Assembly (NCBI GenBank): GCA_038229595.1 | Contig: JBBROH010000004.1 | Coordinates: forward strand, 1 to 62,420 | DNA length: 62,420 bases | Origin: Chloroflexia bacterium | Lineage (GTDB): Bacteria; Chloroflexota; Chloroflexia; QHBQ01 | Direction of reading: 5' to 3' | In this document: one piece after another, positions 9,775 to 19,111 of the stretch | Position numbering within the stretch: position 1 is the first letter of the stretch | Layout: every line of letters begins with the position of its first letter | Notes under the pieces: generated by a model | Databases searched by the model: none | Seen by the model: only the letters and a program-made list of their open reading frames with translations | Told to the model about the DNA's origin: nothing | Translations under genes and position numbers: made by a program

Positions 9775-9832
9775 TGTTTCACGTGGAACGTGGTGCGGAG
9801 AACAAAAGGAAGGTTATGTTCCACGTGGAACA
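9775..9832. other. two further parS sites
   Basis: TGTTTCACGTGGAACG 9775-9790 and the perfect palindrome TGTTCCACGTGGAACA 9817-9832. Confidence 0.88.
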
Positions 9833-9995
9833 CCAAGCTCTTGCCCCTACTTGCCTGTTACACGCTGTTATGCAAGATTTGGGCCAGTTCTGGCCTTGCA
9901 CATTTCGGCTAGAAGGGGTATCCTAGTGGTTGGCTGAAGGGTTTGCGCCCTGGCTACCTATTACTTACAGAAACCAAGAAGGAGGAAGTGCTATC

Positions 9996-11507
9996 TTGCG
10001 AACAACGATCAAGGCACGGGGGCTACTGTTCGCCCTGCTGCTACTGCTGCTCAGTGGGCCGCTGGCGGGCCGCAGCTTCGCCCAGACCAGCGACGGTGGC
10101 GGAGTGCCGCCTGCCAACACGCTCAACCCTTTCGGGGTCAACCTGCTGCTTGACACCGAGGTGGAGGCGGTCAAGGTGGAGCGAACCATCTTCCTGGCCG
10201 CAGACGCGAACATGGGCTGGATCAAGCAGGAGTTCCCCTGGCAGGATATTGAGATCAACGCGAAGGGTGACTTCAACGACACTCGCGGTGGCGGCAGCAA
10301 AAGTGCGTGGGACAAGTACGACCGCATCGTGGGCTACGCCGAGCAGTACAAACTGAACATCGTCGCCCGACTGGACAAGGCTCCGCAGTGGGCGGGTGGG
10401 GTACCAGGCAATGCTGCTGCTTACTATGACTTCATCGAGGCTTTCATCAACCACTACAAGGGGCGGATCAAGTACATCCAGGTCTGGAACGAGCCGAACC
10501 TCAGTGCCGAGTGGCTGGATGGGCAGGTGCCAGACCCCGTCGCCTACACCACCTACCTGCGGGGGGCCTACCAACGCATCAAGCAGCTAGACCCTAGCAT
10601 TATCGTCCTCTCTGCGCCAATGGCCGCCACCACCGAGCCAGAGGGTAGCGTGCGGGGGATGAACGAGCTTACCTACTGGCAGGGGATGTACAAGGCGGGC
10701 GCGAAGGATGCGTTCGACGTGGCCTCGGCCAACGCCTACGGCCTCGCTGACGCGCCCGATGTTGCCCCCGACGCAGGCAAGCTCAACTTCCGCCGCGTAG
10801 AGTTGCTACATCAGGTGATGGAGAACAACGGCGATGGCAACAAGCAAATCTGGTTCAACGAGTACGGCTGGAATGCCAACCCCGGCCCGCCAAAGTTGAG
10901 CCAGGAGCAGACCGACTACTACCGCCAGGTCACGCCAGAGCAGCAGGCTCAATACACAGTGGACGGCATCAACTACGCCCGCCAGAACTGGCCCTGGGCA
11001 GGCGTGTTCTTCATCTGGTATCTGCGGCAGGATGGACAGCGCATCGCGGACAACGACGCGCAGTTCTACTTCGCTCTCGTCAACCCCGACTTCAGCATCA
11101 ACCCGGTCTACGGCGCAGTGAAGCGGGCGGCAGAGCAGTTCAAGGCCAACGCAGCCGCGCCACCTACACCAGTGCCAGCCACCTTCGCCCCTACCCCTAC
11201 CGGCGTGCCACCACCAACCAGCACCTCTGGTAGCGGTGGCGGCATCCTCGAACCGACGGTGACGAACGCACCGCCTGCTGCTGCTTCGCCAACCAGCCCA
11301 GCCGTTGCCACGCCCCGTATGGTGGCGCAGGCCACCGTCGCCAGCACAGCAACCCCAGCTAGCGGTAGCACCGACAGCGGCAACAACGGCCTTGTGCTGA
11401 TCATCCTCGTGGTGGTGGCGGCAGTTGCTCTGGTTGGCGGGGTCGCCTTCTTCTTGCGTGGCAGTGGCGGCAACGCTGGCAGCAGCGGGGGTAATGCCCG
11501 CCTCTAG
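9996..11507 (+). CDS. secreted, C-terminally membrane-anchored clan GH-A glycoside hydrolase (GH5/GH39-like)
   Basis: signal peptide, WNEPNL acid/base motif, IWFNEYGW nucleophile motif, Pro/Thr linker and C-terminal TM helix; TTG start after GGAGG. Confidence 0.82.
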   Translation: MRTTIKARGLLFALLLLLLSGPLAGRSFAQTSDGGGVPPANTLNPFGVNLLLDTEVEAVKVERTIFLAADANMGWIKQEFPWQDIEINAKGDFNDTRGGGSKSAWDKYDRIVGYAEQYKLNIVARLDKAPQWAGGVPGNAAAYYDFIEAFINHYKGRIKYIQVWNEPNLSAEWLDGQVPDPVAYTTYLRGAYQRIKQLDPSIIVLSAPMAATTEPEGSVRGMNELTYWQGMYKAGAKDAFDVASANAYGLADAPDVAPDAGKLNFRRVELLHQVMENNGDGNKQIWFNEYGWNANPGPPKLSQEQTDYYRQVTPEQQAQYTVDGINYARQNWPWAGVFFIWYLRQDGQRIADNDAQFYFALVNPDFSINPVYGAVKRAAEQFKANAAAPPTPVPATFAPTPTGVPPPTSTSGSGGGILEPTVTNAPPAAASPTSPAVATPRMVAQATVASTATPASGSTDSGNNGLVLIILVVVAAVALVGGVAFFLRGSGGNAGSSGGNARL

Positions 11508-11530
11508 GCTACAAATCACATTCGGGATTG

Positions 11531-11562
11531 AGGGCTGGCCTATAAAGCCAGCCCTTCCCCTT
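11531..11562 (+). terminator. intrinsic terminator
   Basis: AGGGCTGGC-loop-GCCAGCCCT followed by a pyrimidine tract. Confidence 0.55.
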
Positions 11563-11588
11563 TGCCAGATTACAGAACATTTGTTTTG

Positions 11589-11618
11589 TTGACAAGGCCG
11601 CTGCCAGCATCCTATAAT
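11589..11618 (+). promoter_or_regulatory. sigma70 promoter giving a probably leaderless rpe mRNA
   Basis: TTGACA-18bp-TATAAT; the ATG begins 7 nt after the -10 box and has no SD. Confidence 0.7.
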
Positions 11619-11624
11619 AGCCGC

Positions 11625-12332
11625 ATGAGCAACGGCTACCAGATAAAGATCGCCCCCTCGATCCTCGCTGCTGACTTCGCCCAGATCGGGGCTGAAGTGG
11701 CGCGGGCCGAGGCTGGTGGCGCAGACTATCTGCACCTAGACATTATGGACGGCGAGTTTGTGCCAAACATCACCTTCGGCCCACAGATGGTAGCCGCCAT
11801 CCGCGCCCATACCCACCTGCCGCTCGACATCCACCTGATGATCGTCCGCCCCGAACGCTACCTGCGCGACTTCGCTGAGGCTGGTGGCGACATCCTCAAC
11901 ATCCACGCTGAGGCTACTAACCACCTGCACCGCGCTGTGCAACAAATCCACGACCTCGGCAAGCGAGCGGGCGTAACGATCAACCCGGCTACCCCCGTTG
12001 CTGCCCTAGAGGAGATCATCCCCTACGTTGAACTGGTGCTGGTGATGAGCGTCAACCCTGGCTTTGGCGGCCAGAGCTTCATCCCCACCAGCCTGCGGAA
12101 GATCGCCCGCCTGCGCCAGATGATCGACAGTTGCGAACCGCACACCCCCAGCGGCCAGCGTGCCGACCTGGAGGTGGATGGTGGGGTCAAGCTGGGCAAC
12201 ATCCTTGCCTGCGCCGAGGCGGGGGCGAACGTGCTGGTAGCTGGCTCTGCGGTCTACAACCAGCAGCAGAGCGTGGCCGAGGCGATCAGCCAGCTACGTG
12301 CGGCGGTCAACGGCGACCAACCTCCTCATTAG
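11625..12332 (+). CDS. rpe: ribulose-phosphate 3-epimerase
   Basis: IAPSILAADF, HLDIMDGEFVPNITFG, MSVNPGFGGQ, EVDGG. Confidence 0.97.
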   Translation: MSNGYQIKIAPSILAADFAQIGAEVARAEAGGADYLHLDIMDGEFVPNITFGPQMVAAIRAHTHLPLDIHLMIVRPERYLRDFAEAGGDILNIHAEATNHLHRAVQQIHDLGKRAGVTINPATPVAALEEIIPYVELVLVMSVNPGFGGQSFIPTSLRKIARLRQMIDSCEPHTPSGQRADLEVDGGVKLGNILACAEAGANVLVAGSAVYNQQQSVAEAISQLRAAVNGDQPPH

Positions 12333-12341
12333 GCAAACACG

Positions 12342-13190
12342 ATGCAGCCAACGGCTACCACCCTCCGCCCTCTCGCCCCCGCCGACGAAGCTGACCTCCG
12401 CCGCCTGCTTGCCCCTGCGCCCGCTGCCAACCTCTTTCAGCTAGCCCGCCTGCGCGAGTATGGCCTTAGTAACACCGATGCTCCCAACGCACTGCGCTCT
12501 TGGGGAGCATATCGCAGCCGGGGGCTGGTCGCCGAAGTGACCACCTACAACAACAGCCTGGCCCTCTACTGCCCCGACCCCGCCGACCTGCCAGCCCTCG
12601 TCGAGCAGATACTCTCCCTACGCCCCAGCGTAGGGAGCGGCATCCGTGAGCAGGTGGAGCCGCTAGTCACAGCCCTCGGCCCCACAGCAGTGCTGAGCCG
12701 CGACCGCTGTACCTTCTGCGCGGTTGGGCCAGACAGCGAACTGCGCTTCAGCCTGCCCAATCCTAACCTACCTACCCCACGCCTTGCTGTCCTCTCTGAC
12801 ATCGAGATGCTGGTAGACTTCTATCAGCACAACTTCTACACGCTGACCCAGCTACCCAACCGCCTGCTCTGGCGGCAACGGCTGCTCAACCAACTGCTCA
12901 AGCGTGACACAATGATCATCGTGGTCAAAGGGCAGGTAGTGGCTGCGGCTCAGTGCAGCGCAGAGACAGAAGACCATGCGATGATCGGTGGGGTAGCGAC
13001 CCTCAATCAGCAGCGCGGGCGGGGCTATGCTGCTGCCTGTGTAGCCGCGCTTTGCGCCCATCTGCTCAGCAAGGGGACAGAGCGCGTCTGCCTGTTCTAC
13101 CTCAGCAGCAACGAACCAGCCGCCGCCCTCTACCGCAGACTCGGCTTCGCCCCCTTCGGCGAGTGGCAGATTTGCAGGCTGGGTTTGTAG
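12342..13190 (+). CDS. GNAT family N-acetyltransferase
   Basis: VATLNQQRGRGYA acetyl-CoA motif, NEPAAALYRRLGF. Confidence 0.88.
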   Translation: MQPTATTLRPLAPADEADLRRLLAPAPAANLFQLARLREYGLSNTDAPNALRSWGAYRSRGLVAEVTTYNNSLALYCPDPADLPALVEQILSLRPSVGSGIREQVEPLVTALGPTAVLSRDRCTFCAVGPDSELRFSLPNPNLPTPRLAVLSDIEMLVDFYQHNFYTLTQLPNRLLWRQRLLNQLLKRDTMIIVVKGQVVAAAQCSAETEDHAMIGGVATLNQQRGRGYAAACVAALCAHLLSKGTERVCLFYLSSNEPAAALYRRLGFAPFGEWQICRLGL

Positions 13191-13532
13191 CTTGTTGCTT
13201 GACAGAATCAGCCAAAAGTCGTATCCTTAAACAAGGGACAGAATCGCTGTCCTCTGTTCTGCTTTACTAGCCGCTACTTGTGGCAGGCACAGCAGAGCCA
13301 CAGACCCGCCGCTCCCCCCTGCTTTAGTTCTAGCCAGCGGAGCGGGATCGCTTGCGCGGGATCGCTGCAATGCAGCAACCCGGCAGGCCAGCTTTACCTA
13401 TCGAATCGAAGGGTCGCTAGCTCTTTGAACGCGATCCTATCAACCCAACTTTCATAATTCACCCTCTAGGGTGAACTGCGCTGCCACCGCCTGTGTCGGC
13501 GTGAACCTTAACAACCCAATAGGAGGTTCCCT

Positions 13533-15236
13533 ATGTTTATGCTAACATGGCTGTCGGCCCTTGCTGGCGGCCAGGGGAGCAGTCTGCCCTCCATCCTCCT
13601 CGCTGATACTGGCTTCGACCTGAGCAGCCTTTTGCTCGGTGTGGTGGGCCTGGTCGTCGGTCTGGTGATCGGTGGTGCGCTCTACTACGTCGCTAGCAAC
13701 AACGCGAAGACGGCAGCCGCCGCCCAGCAACAGCGACATGGCGAAGATGTGCGCCGTGTGGAGGAGGAGATGCGCCGCCTGAAGGAGAGTCAGGTAGTCG
13801 CTCACAAGCAGGCTGAGGAGGAAGCCGCCCGCATCCTGGACAATGCGCGCACCCAACAGAAGCAAATCATCCTTGATGCCAAAGATGAGGTGCTGAAGAT
13901 GCGCGAGCAGGTCGAGCAGGAAGCGCGCGAGCGGCGCAACGAAGCGCAGCGCATCGAACGGCGTATGCAGCAGAAAGAGGAGCAGTTTGATGCCAAGGTC
14001 GAGACGCTAGAACGCCGCGACCGTTCGTTGCAGGGCAAGGAGCGCGAGGCCGAGCGTATCCGTGCGGAGATCGACCAGGCCTACACGATCAAGCTGCACG
14101 AGCTTGAACGGGTGGCGGGCCTGAGCGCAGACCAGGCGAAGGCCGAGTTGATCGGGCAGATCGAGCAAGACTACCGCGCCGACGCTGCCCGCAAAATCCG
14201 CGAGATCGAGGCCGATACCCGCGAGGACGCTGATACCCGCGTGCGTGGTATCCTGGCTATCGCCGCCGCCCGCGTCGCTAGCGAGTACGTACCAGAGATC
14301 ACCGTCACTACCGTTCCCCTCCCCAACGACGAGATGAAGGGCCGCATCATCGGGCGCGAGGGCCGCAACATCCGCTCGCTCGAACAAGCCACCGGCGTTG
14401 ACCTGATCATTGACGACACCCCGGAGGCTGTCACCCTCTCCTGCTTCGATCCAGTGCGCCGCGAAGTGGCCCGCCGCGCCCTGACCAAGCTGATCCAGGA
14501 TGGTCGCATCCACCCCGCCCGCATCGAAGACCTCGTTGCTAAATCGTGGACGGAAGTGGAAGCCAACCTGCGCGAGGAAGGCGAACGGGCCGCCCTCGAA
14601 GTCGGCGTGCAAGGTCTGCATCCCGACCTGATCAAGCTGCTCGGTCGCCTGCGCTACCGCTACAGCTACGGCCAGAACCAACTACAACACGCGATAGAAA
14701 CGTCCATCGTCGCGGGCGCAGTCGCCGCCGAACTCGGTGCCGACGTTAACATCTCCAAGACTGCTGGCCTCTTGCACGACATCGGCAAGGCGGTTGACCA
14801 CGAAGTGGAAGGCCCACACGCCCTGATCGGGGCAGACATCGCCAAACGGCTCGGTCGCTCGCCCAAAATCGTCCACGCCATCGCCGCTCACCATATGGAC
14901 GAGGAGCCGACCACCGTCGAAGCCTGGATCGTCATGGCCGCCGACGCGATCTCTGGCGCACGCCCTGGCGCACGCCGCGAGAGTGTCGAGAACTACATCA
15001 AGCGGCTAGAGCGGCTGGAGGAAGTCGCTAACTCGTTCGAGGCGGTCGAACGCAGCTTCGCCATCCAGGCGGGCCGCGAAGTCCGCATCCTGGTCAGGCC
15101 TGAGGCACTGGACGACCTCGGCATGGCGAAGCTAGCCCACGACGTAGTGAAGAAGATCGAGGAGAGCCTTGAATACCCCGGCCAGATCAAAGTAACGGTG
15201 ATCCGCGAAACTCGCGCCACCGACTACGCCCGCTAA
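13533..15236 (+). CDS. rny: ribonuclease Y
   Basis: N-terminal TM, coiled coil, KH domain ([14 protein letters not shown]), HD domain (LLHDIGKA), ARPGARRES. Confidence 0.97.
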   Translation: MFMLTWLSALAGGQGSSLPSILLADTGFDLSSLLLGVVGLVVGLVIGGALYYVASNNAKTAAAAQQQRHGEDVRRVEEEMRRLKESQVVAHKQAEEEAARILDNARTQQKQIILDAKDEVLKMREQVEQEARERRNEAQRIERRMQQKEEQFDAKVETLERRDRSLQGKEREAERIRAEIDQAYTIKLHELERVAGLSADQAKAELIGQIEQDYRADAARKIREIEADTREDADTRVRGILAIAAARVASEYVPEITVTTVPLPNDEMKGRIIGREGRNIRSLEQATGVDLIIDDTPEAVTLSCFDPVRREVARRALTKLIQDGRIHPARIEDLVAKSWTEVEANLREEGERAALEVGVQGLHPDLIKLLGRLRYRYSYGQNQLQHAIETSIVAGAVAAELGADVNISKTAGLLHDIGKAVDHEVEGPHALIGADIAKRLGRSPKIVHAIAAHHMDEEPTTVEAWIVMAADAISGARPGARRESVENYIKRLERLEEVANSFEAVERSFAIQAGREVRILVRPEALDDLGMAKLAHDVVKKIEESLEYPGQIKVTVIRETRATDYAR

Positions 15237-15272
15237 CCTCTCTCCTGGTGAGGGAGCAAGCTAGGCACAAGT

Positions 15273-15308
15273 AGAGGAGTCGTGTATAACGCACGACTCC
15301 TCTTTTTG
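15273..15308 (+). terminator. intrinsic terminator after rny
   Basis: 12-bp stem AGAGGAGTCGTG/CACGACTCCTCT followed by a T-tract. Confidence 0.8.
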
Positions 15309-15358
15309 TTATGTGTTATAATGGCAGAAATCGTAGAAAAGCTGAGGGAACGGGGCGT

Positions 15359-16168
15359 GTGCGCGTACTGATGATCGGTGACGTGGTCGGTAGGTTGGGG
15401 CGGCAGACGGTCAACCACCTGCTGCCTGGCCTGCGGGCCGAGTTGAGCCTGGATATGGTGATCGCCAATGGCGAGAATGCCGCTGGGGGCTTCGGCCTCT
15501 CCCGCCAGACCGCAGAAGACCTGTTCGCGGCGGGCGTGGATGTGATCACCAGCGGCAACCACATCTGGGATCAGAAGGAAGCCTTCACCTATGTGGCCGA
15601 GGATGTGCCAGTCTTGCGCCCCCACAACTACAGTGCAGGGCTGCCTGGGCGTGGCTATATCGTCCACCCGATCACATTGGCCGACGGTAGCAGCCAACCG
15701 GTGGCGGTGCTAAACCTGCAAGGGCAGGTGTTCATGCCCCAGAACCTGCGTAGTCCCTTCGAGGCCGCTGACGAGGTGCTTGGCCCCCGCGAAGCGGCGG
15801 GGCCGCTGACAATGCCCGTCTTTGTAGACTTTCATGCCGAGGCCACGGCAGAGAAGGCCGCCCTTGCCTGGTACCTGGCTGGACGAGTAAGCGCAGTAGT
15901 CGGCACCCATACGCACGTAGCGACCGCCGACCCCCGCCTGCTCCCACCCGGTTGTGCCTTCATCAGCGACCTGGGCATGAGCGGCCCGCGAGACTCGATC
16001 ATTGGGGCCAACATCGAAAACAGCATCCGCCAGATGCGCTTCCAGACCCCTGGCGGGCGCGGGGTAGTGATTGAGGGGCCAGCGATCTTTAACGCAGTGC
16101 TGATTGAGACCGACCCGCAGAGCCACCGCGCCACCGCCATCCGGCGCGTAGACCGCTCAACCGAATAA
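15359..16168 (+). CDS. ymdB: YmdB/TIGR00282 metallophosphoesterase
   Basis: IGDVVG, NGENAAGG, TSGNHIWD, DFHAEAT, GTHTHV; lies downstream of rny. Confidence 0.93.
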   Translation: MRVLMIGDVVGRLGRQTVNHLLPGLRAELSLDMVIANGENAAGGFGLSRQTAEDLFAAGVDVITSGNHIWDQKEAFTYVAEDVPVLRPHNYSAGLPGRGYIVHPITLADGSSQPVAVLNLQGQVFMPQNLRSPFEAADEVLGPREAAGPLTMPVFVDFHAEATAEKAALAWYLAGRVSAVVGTHTHVATADPRLLPPGCAFISDLGMSGPRDSIIGANIENSIRQMRFQTPGGRGVVIEGPAIFNAVLIETDPQSHRATAIRRVDRSTE

Positions 16169-16197
16169 CCATCTTTCAGTACAGGAGAAGCCACGTC

Positions 16198-16938
16198 ATG
16201 GATAAGATGTTTCAAGACCTCGACCTCAGCCAGATCAAAGTGGGGGCCGGTTCCCGCTTCCCCGCCGAGGGCGGCGCGAATGCCGCTGCTGCCGAGCAAC
16301 CCACCGCTGACGTTGACGAAGGCACCGCAGCGGCCACCATGCCAGACACGGAGATTGCGGGCAGGGAGGAGCAGGATAGCGACGAGCCAGCCAGCTACGC
16401 CGAGCAGCCAGAGCGCAGCCAGCCCAACAGCTATGCCCCCCACCCAGAGCGCAGCCAACCCGGTAGCTACGCCGCCCAGCCAGAGCGCAGCCAGCCCAGC
16501 AGCTATGCCCCCCGCCCAGAGCGCAGCAATGCAGAGCGCAGCAAATACACTCCACCCCCCCGCCCAGAACGCAGCGATAGCCCTCGCCCAGAGCGTAGTA
16601 CGGCAGAGCCGGGGGCCAGCGTCGCAGGCAATGAAGAGGGAGTGCTGAAGGTCTCCTCTCAGTCGCGCCACAGCGCAGTAGCCGGGGCCATCGCCCGCGT
16701 CCTCCGCCAGCAGGATAAGGCAGAAGTGCAGGCCATTGGCGCGGCAGCCTGCTACCAGGCGATCAAGGCAGTCGCTACCGCCCGCAACTACCTGCTGCCA
16801 GAGGGGATCGACATCGCCTGCGTGCCGATGTTCACCGATGTGAACATTGGCGAACACGAGCGCACTGCCATCCGCTTCATTGTCACCCGCACCCTGCTAG
16901 AGAGCAAGCCCGCCGCTGCCGAGCAGCCCCAGGATTAG
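16198..16938 (+). CDS. spoVS: SpoVS (Alba-like) domain protein with a long repetitive N-terminal extension
   Basis: VLKVSSQS..SAVAGAIA..EVQAIGA..QAIKAVATAR..ERTAIRF; rny-ymdB-spoVS gene order. Confidence 0.88.
   Translation: MDKMFQDLDLSQIKVGAGSRFPAEGGANAAAAEQPTADVDEGTAAATMPDTEIAGREEQDSDEPASYAEQPERSQPNSYAPHPERSQPGSYAAQPERSQPSSYAPRPERSNAERSKYTPPPRPERSDSPRPERSTAEPGASVAGNEEGVLKVSSQSRHSAVAGAIARVLRQQDKAEVQAIGAAACYQAIKAVATARNYLLPEGIDIACVPMFTDVNIGEHERTAIRFIVTRTLLESKPAAAEQPQD
16393..16527 (+). repeat. about 4 x 36-bp coding tandem repeat (SYAxxPERSQPx)
   Basis: units start at 16393, 16429, 16465 and 16501. Confidence 0.9.
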
Positions 16939-17010
16939 CGCACAACAGGAACGGACAAACAGGCCAGATTCGGTTGCAACAAGTGGAAGGCAACGTGCGT
17001 AGAGTAAAGT

Positions 17011-17919
17011 ATGGATAATCAGAGTTTGACAAGCAACGAACGGCACGTGGGCGGCGTACCCAGCGCGGGGCGCAGCCAGGTTGACCTGCACTGTCATAGC
17101 GTCGTCTCCGACGGTGCCTACAGCCCCAGCCAGGTGGTGGCAATGGCGGCCCAGGCGGGAGTGCTGCACCTCGCCCTTACCGACCACGACAACCTGGACG
17201 GCGTAGCCGAGGCGCAGGCAGCGGCGGCTCAGTACGGTATCGAGATCATCCCCGGTATCGAACTCAGTGCCGACGGCAGCGGGGGCCGCGAAGTTCACAT
17301 CCTCGGCCTCTACCTGGACGTGACCAACCAGACCTTGCAGAGCGAACTTGCCCGCCTGCGCCGAGGCCGCGATGGGCGGGCGCAAGCCATGGTCGAGAAG
17401 CTGGGCGAACTGGGGATGCCTCTTAGCTATGAGCGCGTCTTGGAGATCGCAGGTAGCGGCTCCGTCGGCAGGCCGCACATTGCTCGCGCCATGCTTGAGC
17501 GCGGCTACGTGCAGAGCAACAACGAAGCCTTCGACCGCTTCCTCGGCGACAACGGCCCGGCCCACGTGGAGCGAGCCAAACTCAGCCCCGAAGCCTCGGT
17601 CGCCCTGATCCACCAGGCTGGCGGGGTCGCTAGCTTCGCCCACCCCATCTACACCCCAGCCTTCGACCAGATGATCGACGAATTGGCAGCAGTCGGCCTC
17701 GATGCGGTTGAAGCCTACTACGGCAAGTACACCAGCGACGCGCACGATAACATCTTGCGTCTGACCCTCAAGAAGGGACTGATCCCCACTGGCGGCAGCG
17801 ACTTCCACGGCCAACCAACGATGAACGACACCCCTATCGGCGGCGTGTTCGTGCCGCTGGAGACGATCACTCGTCTGCAAGCGCAGGCGGCTAAGTACCG
17901 TACTACCCTCGCATCATAG
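17011..17919 (+). CDS. PHP-domain phosphoesterase (YciV/TrpH-like)
   Basis: DLHCHSVVSDG, LTDHD, GIELS, GRPHIA, TGGSDFHG. Confidence 0.92.
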   Translation: MDNQSLTSNERHVGGVPSAGRSQVDLHCHSVVSDGAYSPSQVVAMAAQAGVLHLALTDHDNLDGVAEAQAAAAQYGIEIIPGIELSADGSGGREVHILGLYLDVTNQTLQSELARLRRGRDGRAQAMVEKLGELGMPLSYERVLEIAGSGSVGRPHIARAMLERGYVQSNNEAFDRFLGDNGPAHVERAKLSPEASVALIHQAGGVASFAHPIYTPAFDQMIDELAAVGLDAVEAYYGKYTSDAHDNILRLTLKKGLIPTGGSDFHGQPTMNDTPIGGVFVPLETITRLQAQAAKYRTTLAS

Positions 17920-17932
17920 AAGGGAGCATCCT

Positions 17933-18814
17933 GTGACAGTTGACAACTTCAGGCAAGACGGCCAGCCCGGTGCAACCAGCGGCGGCCAGACGATCAGCAG
18001 CGGCGACCAGAAGTTCAGCTATGCCGCCAACGGTTACGGCGCACCCGACGTGTCCAAGCCGCCGGTTGAGTGGCAGGGCCAGGGTCTCAGCGGCATCAAG
18101 TACCAGATCATCGGCACCGTACTACAAGCGGTAACGATGGAGTTCACCCACCCCAGCCAGATCGTCTACTCGCACTCCGGCGGAATGTCGTGGATGAGTA
18201 GCGGCGTGCAGATGAACACCAACACCGGTGGCGGCATCGGCAAGATGTTTGGCCGCATGATGAGCGGCAGCACCGCTTTCGTCGTAGACTTCCACTCGCC
18301 CGGTGAGCCAGGCACGATCTGCTTCACCTCCGACGCGCCCGGCAAAATCATCCCGATCCTGCTTGCCCAGGGCCAGAACATCATCATGCAGAAGGATGCT
18401 TTCCTTGCCGCCGAAAAGAGCGTGGAACTGGACATCTTCCTCAACCAGAAGCTGGGGGCGGGCTTCTTCGGCGGCGAAGGCTTCATCTTGCAGAAGTTCA
18501 CCGGCCCCGGCCTCTGCTTCGCCCAGTTCGACGGCGAGATCATGGAGTACACCTTGCAGCCCGGCCCGCGGATGCTCGTCCACCCCGGCCACGTCGGGAT
18601 GTTCGAGCCAACCGTCAGCTTCGACATTCAGCGGGTCAAGGGCATCACCAATATGCTGTTTGGCGGCGAAGGTATCTTCCTCAGCACCCTGACCGGCCCC
18701 GGTCGCGTCTGGTTGCAGACCATGCCTATGATGGTGCTGGCCGCGCGCATCGGCCACTACCTGCCGCACAACAGTGGCAGTGGCGGCGAAGGCTTTAACA
18801 TCAAGCTTGGCTAA
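17933..18814 (+). CDS. AIM24/TIGR00266 family protein
   Basis: GGMSWM, QKDAFLA, GFFGGEGFILQK, LTGPGRVWLQTMP. Confidence 0.9.
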   Translation: MTVDNFRQDGQPGATSGGQTISSGDQKFSYAANGYGAPDVSKPPVEWQGQGLSGIKYQIIGTVLQAVTMEFTHPSQIVYSHSGGMSWMSSGVQMNTNTGGGIGKMFGRMMSGSTAFVVDFHSPGEPGTICFTSDAPGKIIPILLAQGQNIIMQKDAFLAAEKSVELDIFLNQKLGAGFFGGEGFILQKFTGPGLCFAQFDGEIMEYTLQPGPRMLVHPGHVGMFEPTVSFDIQRVKGITNMLFGGEGIFLSTLTGPGRVWLQTMPMMVLAARIGHYLPHNSGSGGEGFNIKLG

Positions 18815-19111
18815 CCGCGTCCTCCACACAGTGCAGCGGGGTGGCTAATGGCAACCCCCCAGCAACTTATAGCGACAAGCAGGGCGGCTCTGGGCCGCTC
18901 TACTTTGGCCCACGCCAGTAGCAGCGGCTGCTGCTCATCCCCACCAAGCGCAAGCGTGCTGTACTACGCCCCCGCGCACTACCACCTTTCCCCCGCCCAT
19001 GCTCCCCTCGCGGAGCGTTCAACCAGCCGCAGCGAACGGGCGCAAACCTTATCAGCCCCAATCGGTGCGGGTGCATTATTGTTCCGGCATTGATTAGCCT
19101 GGAGGTTCCCT

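Noticed and set aside
16198-16938. Inferring endospore formation from spoVS
   Set aside because: SpoVS homologs occur in non-sporulating bacteria, and no other sporulation genes are present here.
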